From positions 27,207,192 to 27,271,191 of the forward strand of contig NC_057714.1 in assembly GCF_004010195.1 (NCBI RefSeq): a stretch of 64,000 nucleotides of DNA, written 5' to 3'. A program made the position numbers and the translations under genes. Position 1 is the first letter of the stretch. Each line of letters begins with the position of its first letter. The DNA comes from Chiloscyllium plagiosum (taxonomy: Eukaryota). The notes beneath the pieces are model-generated. The model did not search any database and had not been told where the DNA came from. It was given only the letters and a program-made list of their open reading frames with translations. Below are positions 26,626-38,125 of this stretch, piece by piece.

Positions 26626-27241
26626 TATACGTAAGGTAGAAACTTCCTAAGAATGGTCTCACTTAACTAACTTAAATTCTACCAAACTAAAATATAGCGG
26701 CTCAGACCTACAATACATGGTAACTGAAGTGTGAGGTGTAACACTAAAGTCAATCCATCATTTTAAAGAGTGCATAGGCGAACAGACCTGAAAGTGCTTA
26801 TGCACAAACTTCTGAAGGTGGCACGTTGGTAAAATGATTAATAAAGTATCTGGAATCCTGCACTTTATTAATAGAGAAACAAGCATAAAATAGACTTTAA
26901 ATCAACACCCATTGAAAGTAATCTGATTGTGGCATACAGCTGAGCATTAAATATGCTGTTAAGCGGCTTTATGCCTCAGCAAGTGCTCAAATTCATGCAT
27001 GGTTTGTAAATAGACTGGACTATTCAAAATCAGTCAATGCTTCTTAAAGGGGAGGTGCACTCTGGCCATTGTAAATATTGGGAGTCATTCTAGAAGAGAA
27101 TCTGCTCTGTAGAAGAGTAAGAATGGTACAATATGATAAGCAGCAGGATTCCAGTTTTTCTGATGCAATGCTTGAGGTTGAGGTACAGGAGTTGAACTGG
27201 AGGGGAAATTTTCTGTATCCACTAGTCCCTTCTAAACAAGT

Positions 27242-28748
27242 CCCTTTCCATTTCTATCTCGGATGACCGAATCGACGCGGACATTTACTATAAACAGCTA
27301 CCTAGACTACACCTCCTCCCACCCTGCCCCCTGTAAAAATGCCATCCCATATTCCCAATTCCTTCGTCTCCGCCGCATCTGCTCCCAGGAGGACCAGTTC
27401 CAAAACCGTACAACCCAGATGGCCTCCTTCATCAAGGACCGCAATTTCCTGCCAGACATGGTCGACGATGCCCTCCACCGCATCTCTTCCACTTCCCGCT
27501 CCTCCGCCCTTGAGCCCCGCCCCTCCAACTGCCACCAGGACAGAACCCCACTGGTCCTCACCTACCACCCCACCAACCTCCATGTACAACGTATCATCCG
27601 CCGGCATTTCCGCCACCTCCAAACGGACCCCACCACCAGTGATATATTTCCCTCCCCTCCCCTATCAGCGTTCCGAAAAGACCACTCCCTCCGTGACTCC
27701 CTCATCAGGTCCACACCCCCCACCAACCCANNNNNNNNNNNNNNNNNNNNNNNNNNNNNNNNNNNNNNNNNNNNNNNNNNNNNNNNNNNNNNNNNNNNNN
27801 NNNNNNNNNNNNNNNNNNNNNNNNNNNNNNNNNNNNNNNNNNNNNNNNNNNNNNNNNNNNNNNNNNNNNNNNNNNNNNNNNNNNNNNNNNNNNNNNNNNN
27901 NNNNNNNNNNNNNNNNNNNNNNNNNNNNNNNNNNNNNNNNNNNNNNNNNNNNNNNNNNNNNNNNNNNNNNNNNNNNNNNNNNNNNNNNNNNNNNNNNNNN
28001 NNNNNNNNNNNNNNNNNNNNNNNNNNNNNNNNNNNNNNNNNNNNNNNNNNNNNNNNNNNNNNNNNNNNNNNNNNNNNNNNNNNNNNNNNNNNNNNNNNNN
28101 NNNNNNNNNNNNNNNNNNNNNNNNNNNNNNNNNNNNNNNNNNNNNNNNNNNNNNNNNNNNNNNNNNNNNNNNNNNNNNNNNNNNNNNNNNNNNNNNNNNN
28201 NNNNNNNNNNNNNNNNNNNNNNNNNNNNNNNNNNNNNNNNNNNNNNNNNNNNNNNNNNNNNNNNNNNNNNNNNNNNNNNNNNNNNNNNNNNNNNNNNNNN
28301 NNNNNNNNNNNNNNNNNNNNNNNNNNNNNNNNNNNNNNNNNNNNNNNNNNNNNNNNNNNNNNNNNNNNNNNNNNNNNNNNNNNNNNNNNNNNNNNNNNNN
28401 NNNNNNNNNNNNNNNNNNNNNNNNNNNGATTTCTCCAGTTTCCTCATTTCCCCTCCCTCCACCTTGTCTCAGTCAAATCCCTCGAACTCAGCACCGCCTT
28501 CCTAACCTGCAATCATCTTCCTGACCTCTCCGCCCCCACCCCACTCCGGCCTATCACCCTCACCTTGACCTCCCTCCACCTATCGCATTTCCAAAGCCCC
28601 TCCCCCAAGTCCCTCCTCCCTACCTTTTATCTTTGCCTGCTGGACACACTTTCCTCATTCCTGAAGAAGGGCTTATGCCCAAAACGTCGATTCTCCTGTT
28701 CCTTGGATGCTGCCTGACCTGCTGCGCTTTTCCAGCAACACATTTTCA
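27242..28748 (+). mobile_element. Penelope-like element (family A), 5'-truncated; endonuclease region falls in the assembly gap
   Basis: DIYYK..SYLDYTSSHPAPCKNAIPYSQFLRLRRICS...DRTPLVLTYHP...SAFRKDHSLRDSL (PLE RT thumb and linker); pyrimidine-rich 3' region and pLTR; 14-bp TSD ccttctaaacaagt at 27228-27241 and 28749-28762. Confidence 0.92.
28657..28692 (+). ncRNA. Hammerhead motif (family A) with core G12->A change, likely inactive
   Basis: attc-CTGAAGA-a-gggc-ttat-gccc-AAAA-cgtc-gatt. Confidence 0.65.
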
Positions 28749-29499
28749 CCTTCTAAACAAGTGCTCACTCTGGAATGACCTCCTCCAGAGGTCAATGGTA
28801 ACACTGTCCTGAGATGCTGAATGCAATGTCGGAAGATGTCCAATGAGTGTCTAAACCTGTGAACTCATTTTCTTTTTAACTGAAACATAAGCCCGAGAGG
28901 CTGCTCAATTCACATTAGTCCTTTCACTCACCCACCATCAATCTCAATTTGTCAAAGATTCACATTTATAGCTCTAACACATTCTCACACAAGTAGCTTG
29001 CACACAGAGCCAGCTATTCAACCATATCACCCAGATGTGTTGCCCCATTCTCACTGATGAACACACTTCCCTTCATTTTACAGAGGTAGCTGGTACATAA
29101 GGCAGGAAACAGCAGCAAACTGGTATAGGCCAGGCATCACTGCACACCCTTGAATCATAGAGAAGATACTAATCGCCATAGTTGGAGAAGCCACTGCTCG
29201 GCTCAGGACCGGAGATGAGGCTGAAATCACCAAAGCTAACAGTATCATTATAGTCACACCTCTGCCCCTCATCCCACAATCTCTACTGATATCGTCGGCA
29301 ATCACTTGCTAACGAGACTGGCTGTTCATCTAAATGTTCCGTGGCACTGGGTCATGGGTTCTATGGGTCCTGTGTCGCTGATGAGCCCGATCTGCATTTC
29401 TAACCACACATTTGGCAGCTGTTTCATGAAGGAGGAATTGGTCCTTGGGCCTTGAGCTCACTGGCATTCCTTTCTCCTGTTGCTTTCCTGTTTATCCTC

Positions 29500-29880
29500 T
29501 TGCTGATTGGTGGTCTCAGAGAATTATGAACAAGAGTCTCCTAGCCATTGATATGTACTTTGCATTTCTTGAGAGAAGCCTTCATTCATTCTTCTTTCAT
29601 TCAGCTGCCTTCCCTAAGCTGGGCAAAGTAGAATACCTTCTGAAATGTTGACTGCTAATGAAAGAGACACTTGACTTATTTTACCCATGTCCCTTCCTGC
29701 ATCGCTAACCTCATATCTTTCTCCTTTCAGATACCCACAAACAGCAGGCATTACGGTAGAAGCCTTGATGAACAAGGCACTCATGATGAAAAGACTCAAT
29801 GAGGGAGGATTAACATTGTCTATGAGGGACTGTTGTGCAGTGTTGAAGTTGATAATTCTATTTAAAAACAATGTAAGTTA
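29500..29880 (+). mobile_element. Possible decayed Harbinger transposase remnant
   Basis: YLSPFRYPQTAG resembles WLMTP.R.PQT.AE; CCAVL resembles CCVLHN; weak match. Confidence 0.3.
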
Positions 29881-31435
29881 ATGAACTTAAAATAGGCATT
29901 AAGGGTCATGTCTTCAGTTCATAACAAGATAAAGGAGCATGGCTGCTTTGAATTACACTTGACAATTGGCCTCCCAACTGTTTTTATATCTGCATCCCTG
30001 TTGGAGTTGACTCTTAATCCCACTTGTATCTGTTATAAGAGAGTTTATTTCAATTCTTAAAAGGGTATGATGTAATCAATTAAAAATCTACTTGACAACA
30101 TCTAACTCAGTGTACAGAAATAAGCAGACTAACTCCTTGAGTTAAACGAATAGTTAGATTTATTGTTAAAATAATAAAGATGTATTAAATAAAATTATGT
30201 CCAGCTTCTGCGCACACACAGACACAAGCAAGTAAGTGCGTAGCAAAGAATAGATTGATACAAGTTAAGGTTCATAAGTGAAAGAAATACGCAATTAGAT
30301 AGTGCTTCGATGATCTGTAGTACCAGGTTAAAGGTGGGGTCATTTAATTTGGGGTCTCCTGGAAACAGTCCTATTGAATTGATGGCTTACTTCAAAAATT
30401 TCATTTAGCAGCTTTTGTGAGAGATTTCAGAGAGGGGGTAGGTTAAGGCTGTTAACCGTTTTGTTCTTGTATCAATCTTTCATGATGTTTCAAGCTGGTG
30501 TTACAGAGATAGAGTTGTGGTAGGTCTAATTTTGGCGGCCTGCCCCACCTTTTGTATACTTTGGCAGCAAAGATGGCTACTGTCAGTGAATTGCTTTCAA
30601 ACTGCAAAGATGTGGTCCCAAATAATCCCATCAGGCAATAGAGTTCTCTCTCCACGTAGCCTGAGATCTTTCAATCCTTGACAAGGCAGATTTGTATTCC
30701 CTTACAATGGAAGTGCCAGTAGACATTTAGACATTTACCCGTGTCTGACAACATTGAACCAGTATCAGAAAATGTAGCCTCATTATTCTTAGATTAATCC
30801 TTCCTTAGCAAGTGTGAAAGTCTCCAGGGTCAAGTCGTAATGTCCCTTTTGTAATCCTCTTTGGGAACTACCAGAGAGTTGACAAGCTTAAAGTTACGAA
30901 ATGGTCTGGTAGCAATCCAAAACGTCCATTTAAACAATATATGAAACCAGCCAATGAATTCATGATTAGTATGATATAGCACACCCTCATAAAAAATTCC
31001 ATAAATTCAAACAGAGTCAGTAGAATGTTATCAGTAACTAACCTTCAAATTCCCTCAGATTTTAAGCTGTATTTGCCGGCCCTAATGAGGGTTCTTCCTG
31101 CTGCTGAATTCAGGTTAAATTGTGTAATTGAGAGTATTAGCTGGAACAATAAAGCCCAGAATGGTACTGCAGGTGTAAACTTAATGTTGCAAGTTAATTG
31201 AATCTCAATCTTCTAACTCTATATAATTATTTTATTGCCTGTGCAAACAGCCTCAGTATGATGATGTCCAGCACAGGGCATACTGAAAGGTGCACAAGGC
31301 ATAGGTACCATTTTGGTTTCAATAGGCTCCTACATCTTCAAAATCACCAAGTTTCATGGGCATGAATAAAAAAACTTGGAAGTTATACTAAGTGGATGCT
31401 TAACACTAATTTAGAGCTGGCTGACCTATTATGTT

Positions 31436-31648
31436 GAAACTTTATTGCTGGAACAGCACAGCAGGTCAGGCAGCATCCAGGGAACAGGAGATTCGACGTT
31501 TCGGGCACAGGCCCTTCTTCAGGAATGATGTAGAGAGAGGCCCGAAACGTCGAATCTCCTGTTCCCTGGATGCTGCCTGACCTGCTGTGCTGTTCCAGCA
31601 ATAAAGTTTCAACTTTGATCTCCAGCATCTGCAGACCTCACTTTCTCC
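31436..31648. mobile_element. PLE family A pLTR hairpin insertion with central hammerhead
   Basis: Perfect 74-bp inverted repeat 31433-31506 / 31540-31613; 15-bp TSD ctgacctattatgtt at 31421-31435 and 31649-31663. Confidence 0.92.
31491..31526 (-). ncRNA. Minimal hammerhead ribozyme (family A), intact
   Basis: Minus strand: attc-CTGAAGA-a-gggc-ctgt-gccc-GAAA-cgtc-gaat; stem I attc/gaat, stem II gggc/gccc, palindromic ACGU, GUC cleavage triplet. Confidence 0.85.
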
Positions 31649-31907
31649 CTGACCTATTATGTTCAATTCTGGTCACCATACTTCAAGAATTTGTGAAGGC
31701 TTTGGATAGGGCACAGAAGAGATTTACTAAAATGTTTGTGGAACTATGGATAACAGTGCAATGGATAAACTCTTTAGAGTAAAGTAGACAGAAAGGAGAC
31801 TTGATAGAACGATTTAAAACTGTATTGAGTTTGGATATGGTAACTAACAAGGAACTGTTCACACTGGCTAAAAGATTGGTAACTGGATGGGACTGATTTA
31901 GAGTGAG

Positions 31908-32106
31908 TCATTGAATCCCTACAGTGTGGAAGCAGGCCATTCAGCCCATCAAGTGCACACCAATCTTCCAAAGAGCATCACACCCAAACCCACCCCACTA
32001 CCCTATCCTTGTAACCCTGCATTTTCCATGGCTAATCCACCTAGCCTACACATCCCTGAAGGATATGGGCAATTTAAATGGCCAATCTACCTAACCAATC
32101 TAGCAT
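31908..32106 (-). mobile_element. HE1-type SINE, 3' half
   Basis: gaatccctacagtgtggaagcaggccattcagccc...ggctaatccacctagcctacacatccctg. Confidence 0.85.
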
Positions 32107-32379
32107 AATTATACTACATCTCCCCACCTTCTTTCAATTTCTATATGAAGGTCATTCACCATTTATTAGCACATTATGCATTCTCAACATCTCTATATTT
32201 ACCCCCAGTCCCCCAAAGAATGGAGGTGAGAGGTTGATGTTTTGAAAACTTCCACAGCACTCTCTCTGATTGTGGTCTCGTTATTACTGATCAAAGGTGA
32301 CTGGCTTCCATGGTCTCTGTAAAATGAGTTTCATTCTGTGAGGTACTTGATATAGATCTGTCCTTACCATCTTAAATTT

Positions 32380-34270
32380 TTATCATAGCTATACTTACAT
32401 TATCTCACTGTTTCAAGTAGAATTCATGCTCTTCTGTTCCTTCCGAATGCTCCCACTGGAGTTCAAACACTGTCAAACCATTCCTATCCTGTTTTCCTGA
32501 AAACCTTCACTTTCTGGTTTCCTATGTTTGATCAAAAATTTCTGGCTTAGCACCAAAGTTAATAAAGTCTTCTCTCTATGCCTGGCATTACACCAGTATT
32601 TTTTATTTCCTCTTCTGGTCATTCTGAATTATCCTCACCCTGTTATGGTCAAAAGGTGTTGTATTTGGTCTGGGGATTTGCTGTAGTAACAGAATTTTAG
32701 TTTTCAGCATTTCGACTATAAGTAACTCAGCTAGTGAATACCTGTTGTCCAAAGGTGTTGACCAATCGAGTTAAACCCCAATCACTATTTTTGATCACGA
32801 ACAACTTCATAGTTTTTACCACCCTCTCAGTTTTTCCACTGGCCACAGTGTGAAAAGCAAAATTAATGACGTAATTGATTCCTTATTCTGTTAAGAACCT
32901 CGTAAAATATTCATTCAAAATATGAAAAATCATCATCTGAAATATACCCTCAGGGAAACAGTATGTAGAAAAAGTTTACTTCAATGCTTTGATCATTGCC
33001 TTAGCTGTGGTATTGTGAAGTCCAGAAACTTCAGTTGATCTGGGACAGTAACCTACTATAGACAAGTCTGCATTTGCTTGAATATCAATTATGTCCAGTC
33101 CCAACATTTGCTAAAGCCTGTCAAGGAAACTGGAAGGTAATATCTGCTCTACTGGTGTCTGGTCTTTGATTGCACAAGTATGGCAGGATGATGAGAAATG
33201 TTCCAATTCCTTTTGAAATGCCTGGCCCCCATATAGATTGCTGCATATAGCCTCTATTCAATGATCTTCAGGGACATTCCAAATAATTCGTCCCCCTCAT
33301 AGATTTTGGTAATGCAAGCCTGTGATTGAAAACTACAAGATGATCAAATGTTTTCTTTGTTTGCAGTATTTGTGTAAGTACTGGTTTGTTGGATGTGTTT
33401 TGACAACCATCTAGAGGGAACTTCCAAACCTGAGTGCATTCTACACCTGCCTTTTGTGCTTTGGTCTTCCCTGTTACTTCTCAGAAGCAGGTGAAGAATT
33501 TATTATAACTAACAAAGAAATGTTTCTGCTTCTTCAAAGAGGACTAAATATTCTGTTTTGGCTTGATCCAACATAGCTCTAGATAATGCATTTGCTGTGA
33601 TTTGCGTTTTCCCCAGTATGCATTGTATAATCATAAATCATCAAACTGAGTCTGAACTCTGGATTTGTAATGGCATTTTGAATATCACATTGAATCTAAT
33701 ACTGCAACTAATGGCTTTATGGTTTGTCTCAATTTGAGCTATCATTCCTGTCAAGCAATCTGGTAACTATTTACATTCCCATCTTACTGCTAAAGCATCT
33801 TTCTCTATGTTTGCATATTGTTGTACTGTTTCAATTAATGCTCTGGATATACAACAGTCTTGATCTTCCTTTACCATCATCCTGAATCCTGATGAGTTAG
33901 AGTACTTAGTCCAATTGAAGAGGCACCTGAGTCTACCAGTATGAGCAACTACAGAGGTTGTAATGAGCTAGCACATTTGAAAAATGTCACTTATTTTTCA
34001 TCTTAAGAAATATTGTGGCCTGTTCTAGTCCTCAAGAATACTTAACCTTTTCCCAAGAAAAATCGCTTAAAAATTGTGTGATTATAGCCAAATTTGGATT
34101 GAATTTCGCTATTTGGAATAATCATTCTCAGAAATGGTTGATTATCTCAGATTCGCTTTGGCTGTGGAAATTTGCATATTGCCTTCATTCTGTTAGGATC
34201 TACTGTGATTCTTCTCTTTTAGATGATATAGACCAAGAATGTCATTCCTGTCTCATAAATTGACACCTCT
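32380..34270 (-). mobile_element. Degenerate Ty3/Gypsy pol (RT C-terminus, RNase H, integrase)
   Basis: ITVDPNRMKAICKFPQPK; ISRALIETVQQYANIEKDALAV.W...IETNHK (RNase H); FPE..ISDD and SGKTERVVKTMK (integrase); many stops and frameshifts. Confidence 0.8.
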
Positions 34271-35063
34271 CATTCAATGTAAAGCATGTATTCTATAATG
34301 TGTTCAGAGCTTTATTACCTCTGTCATCATGCTTCTGCCTTTTTTGTGCCATGTATTAGTATATCATCCATATAACAAATCACTCCTTTTTCCCTTTCTC
34401 GGATTTGAGACTTTGTACTCTGAAAGACTTCTGGGTCCAATGATATTCCAGAGAGTAGACAGTGCAAAGAAAAGCATGCACATGTCATGATAAAGATGAT
34501 TAATAACTTCCTTCCTTTGTTCTAAAAACTTCTCCTCAAGTAACTTCACAGCCCCTTGCACTCAGTGCTCATAGTCCTATTCAAATAGAGTAAAACAGGT
34601 GTACTTACTGGGTCAGCCGGTGAATAAAAGCAGATCCAGCCTTTAATTGTAGTCATGGGAGCTCACTCATGGAGTAAGTTTTGATCACTGCTTTTCGAGT
34701 GTGGAGGTAGCATTCTAGATCTCCCAGTGACTGCGGGTTAGACACTGAAAACCTCTGGTGGGTCTAACACAGGTTGCTCATGACTTCCTGGAATACTTTG
34801 GCCACAAAATTTCACCCTGATCTGACTGGATTTCAGTAGGTAGACCGTGTTGTGTGAAGAATGAGGTAAGTTCCTTTACCATTGCCTTGGCAGACATGGT
34901 TCTCAGGGAACCAGTTTCGGGAAAGTGCGTAACCATATCTGTGATGGTAAGAGTACATTGGTACCCCCATTTTGTTGAGTTGGAGATGCTGGTGTTGGAC
35001 TGGGGTGTACAAAGTTAAAAATCGCACAACATCAGGTTATAGTCCAACAGGTTTAATTGGAAG

Positions 35064-35098
35064 CACTAGCTTTCGGAGCGCCGCTCCTTCATCAGGTG
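35064..35098 (-). ncRNA. Minimal hammerhead ribozyme (family B), intact
   Basis: Minus strand: cac-CTGATGA-a-ggagc-ggc-gctcc-GAAA-gcta-gtg; palindromic AGCU, CUA cleavage triplet. Confidence 0.85.
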
Positions 35099-35479
35099 GT
35101 TGTGGAGTACACAATTGTAAGACACAGAATTTATAGCAAAAGTTTACAGTGTGATGTAACTGAAATTATACATTGAAAAATACCTCGATTGTTTGTTAAG
35201 TCTCTCATCTGTAAGAATGACCATGTTAGTGTCACTTCTTTCATATGTAAATCACAAATTTTATTTTAAAAGTTACATTCTCAGATGAACTTTAACAATT
35301 TGTGTCAGCCCAGATAATGTATTGAAGGTGTTAGCCCCCTGTGTGCTGCTGTCTGTGCCATAATGTTTAGATTGATTCTAATCTAAAAAATGAATTAGCA
35401 GAATCTTACATGGATTCAAGCAGTTTTTGGGCAAAGTACAATGTAACTCTGCAAGTACAAATTCACCCCACAAACATAT

Positions 35480-35706
35480 ATGCGTATGTGTGTGTGGGGT
35501 GGAGTGGGTAGGTTGTGAGTGCCTGTGAGAGAGTGTATATGTGTGAGAGTGAGTGCAAAGGTGTCTAAGTCTGAGAGAGTGCATCTGTGAGTGTGGGTGT
35601 GTGTGTGTCTGTAGGAGTGAGTTTGAGCGTCTGTATGTGTATCTGTGCATAGAAGTGTGTTTGTGTGTGTGCGGGAGTGTTTGTGTATGTCTGTGTCTGT
35701 GTGAGT
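35480..35706. repeat. Degenerate (GT)n/(GA)n microsatellite within the PLE 3' region
   Basis: Imperfect gtgtgt/gagagt run. Confidence 0.85.
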
Positions 35707-35721
35707 ATAGTGCAATGGTGG

Positions 35722-36042
35722 TCACCTGTAAAGTGACATGAACGCAAGGTCCCGTTTGAGGCCCTCTCTATGGGTACCAAAATGAGCTATCAGCCTCTGC
35801 TCGGCCACCTTTCGCTGCTGTCTGTCCCGACGTCCACCTTGGAGGGCGGTCACCCGAAGGTCCAAGGTCGAATGTCCTGGACCACTGAAGTGTTCTCCAA
35901 CTGGAAGGGAACTCTCCTGTCTGTTGATTGTTATGTGATGCTCATTCATCCTCTGTCATAGCCTCTACTCAGTTTCACCAATGTACTATGCCTCAGGGCA
36001 TCCTTGTCTGCAGCATATGAGATAGACAACGTTGGCTGAGTC
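35722..36042 (-). pseudogene. GIY-YIG endonuclease domain of the Penelope element (in-frame stops)
   Basis: DSANVVYLICCRQGCPEA*YIGETE*RL*QRMNEH...PVGEHFSGPGHS...EQRLIAHFGT..EGL. Confidence 0.92.
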
Positions 36043-36043
36043 T

Positions 36044-36565
36044 GATTAGATTACTTACAGTGTGGAAACAGGCCCTTCGGCCCAACAAGTTGATGAGTTG
36101 AGCATTGTACCCCGCTCTTATGAGGGATCCCTGAGTACTTCCAGGTGCCTGTCATGTTCCTCCTCATCTGAACAGATCCTGTGTATGCGTAGGGCTTGTC
36201 CATAGGGGATGGTTGTTTTAATATGTTTTGGGTGCAAACTGGAGAAGTGTAGCATTGTGAGGTTGTCTTGGGTTTGTGGTAGAGTTTGGTGCTGAGGTGT
36301 CTTTGGAGATGCATGTGTCCAAGAATCAGACCCTCCGAACAGCAACCCACCCAGACCCATTCCCCTATATTTACCCCTTCACCTAACACTACGGGCAATT
36401 TAGCATGGCCAATTCACCTAACCAGCACATTTCTGGACTGTGGGAGGAAACCGGAGCACCCGGAGGAAACCCACGCAAACTCCACACAGACAGTTGCCCG
36501 AGGCGGGAATTAAACCCGGGTCTCTGGCACTGTGAGGCAGCAGTGCTAATCACCGTGCCGCCCAC
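36044..36565 (-). mobile_element. HE1-type SINE inserted in the PLE, itself carrying a copied PLE RT segment (36091-36326)
   Basis: Head ggcggcacggtgattagcactgctgcctcacag; tail ctgtaagtaatctaatc; splits the PLE peptide between GRYSCD and SANVVY. Confidence 0.9.
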
Positions 36566-36824
36566 AAGTCGCATGAGTACCTGCCACATACATGGTGTGA
36601 GGTATCCCCACATGTAATGGTGGTATCCATGTCCACACTGTGACACGTCTTGCAGTGCCTACCATGGAGTTGTCCTGAAAGCCAGGCAGTTTGCTACGAA
36701 CAATAATTTGTTTGAGGTTTGTTGGTTGTTTAAAGGCGAGCAGTGGAGGTGTGGGGAAGGTCTTGGCGAGGTGCTCATCCTCATTGATATGTGTTGCAGG
36801 CTGCGAAGAACATGGTGTTGTTTT

Positions 36825-38125
36825 TCAGCTCCTGGGAAGTACTGGACAATGAAGGGTACCCTGTCGGTTTGCAGCACATGTCTGTCTCCTGAGGAGGTCG
36901 TTACAGTTCCTTGCTGTGGCACGTTGGAACTGGCAGTCGATGAGTTGAGCATTGTACCCCGCTCTTATGAGGGCATCCCTGAGTACTTCCAGGTGCCTGT
37001 CATGTTCCTCCTCATCTGAACAGATCCTATGTATGCGTAGGGCTTGTCCATAGGGGATGTTTTGTTTTAATATGTTTTGGGTGGAAACTGGAGAAGTGTA
37101 GCATTGTGAGGTTGTCTGTGGGTTTGAGGTAGAGTGTGGTGCTGAGGTGCCCATCCTTGACGGAGATGCATGTGTCCAAGAATGAGACAGATAGTCGAGA
37201 GTAGTCCATGGTGAGTTTGATGGTGGAATGAAACTTGTTGATATCACTATGTAGTTTTATCAGTGATTCCTCACTGTGGGTTCAGAGGAAGAAATTGTCA
37301 TCAATGTACCTGGTATATAGTGTTGGTGGAAGGTTCTGCATAGAGAAGAAATATTGTTCGAATCTGTGCATGAAGATGTTGGCATATTGGAGCGCAAATT
37401 TGGTCCCCATGGCTGTCCCATGTGTCTGGATGAAGAACTGGTTGTCACAGGTTGTGATCAAGGATAAAGTAGATGAGTTGTAGGATGGTGCTCAGAGACT
37501 GGGAGTTGTTGGTGTTAAGTACTGAGGCTGTTGCCATGATGCTGTCATTGTGGGGATGCTGGTGTAGAGTGCAGAAACATCCATTGTGACTGGTCAGTGG
37601 CTGCTGAGTTTCTGTAAGAAATCTGTAGTGTCGCGACAGAAGCTGGGGATCCCTGTCCAATGGTTTCAAGATGCCTTCGACATAGCCAGAGAGGTTCTCA
37701 CACAGGGTCCCATTGCCTGATACGATGGGATGTCCTGGTGTATTGGCTTTGTGTATCTTTGGAAGGCAGTAGATGTCGCGTACACGAGAAGTACATGGGT
37801 TGAGGGCACATAGGGAACTCTGAAGAACTGGATCCAAAGTCCTGACCAATGTGTTTAGTTCACAGGTGTGCTGTTTGGTCAGATCAGCCGGTAGTTGCCT
37901 GTCGTGTTCCTGGTTGTTCAGTTGTTGGTACACTTCCTTGCAGTAAATTGTTCTATTCTGAGTGATGATGGCTCCTCCTTTATCTGCTGGCTTGATGACA
38001 ATGTCGTGATTGGTTTTGAGAACCTGGATGGCATTGTATTGTGAACGGGTGATGTTTTGCTCCAACTTGTGGGTACGGCTGATGAATCTGTCATTTATAT
38101 ATTTCCTGATGGTTTGAGCATACAT
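36825..38125 (-). pseudogene. Penelope reverse transcriptase domain (frameshifted)
   Basis: ORF fragments 37445-38125, 37027-37209 and 36825-37247 plus intervening frames carry PADKG, PKIHK, GTAMG, YIDD and FLD motifs. Confidence 0.93.

Larger units (their letters stand above)
31360..31900 (+). mobile_element. CR1/HER1-type LINE 3' fragment, host of a PLE hairpin insertion
   Basis: Joining the flanks restores ...YYVQFWSPY..(fs)..VKALDRAQKRFTKM. Confidence 0.75.

Noticed and set aside
27263-28717. 484-, 388- and 265-aa ORFs
   Set aside because: Lengths are artefacts of the N gap; only the PLE peptide before the gap is meaningful.
29378-29400. ctgatgag resembling a hammerhead CUGAUGA box
   Set aside because: No stem II or GAAA follows.
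31433-31613. Hairpins read as MITEs of a DNA transposon
   Set aside because: Arms are PLE terminal-repeat sequence, are asymmetric relative to the insertion ends, and TSD length varies (12-15 bp), unlike transposase products.
35378-35780. His/Thr- and Cys/Val-rich ORFs
   Set aside because: Translations of a GT/AC microsatellite.
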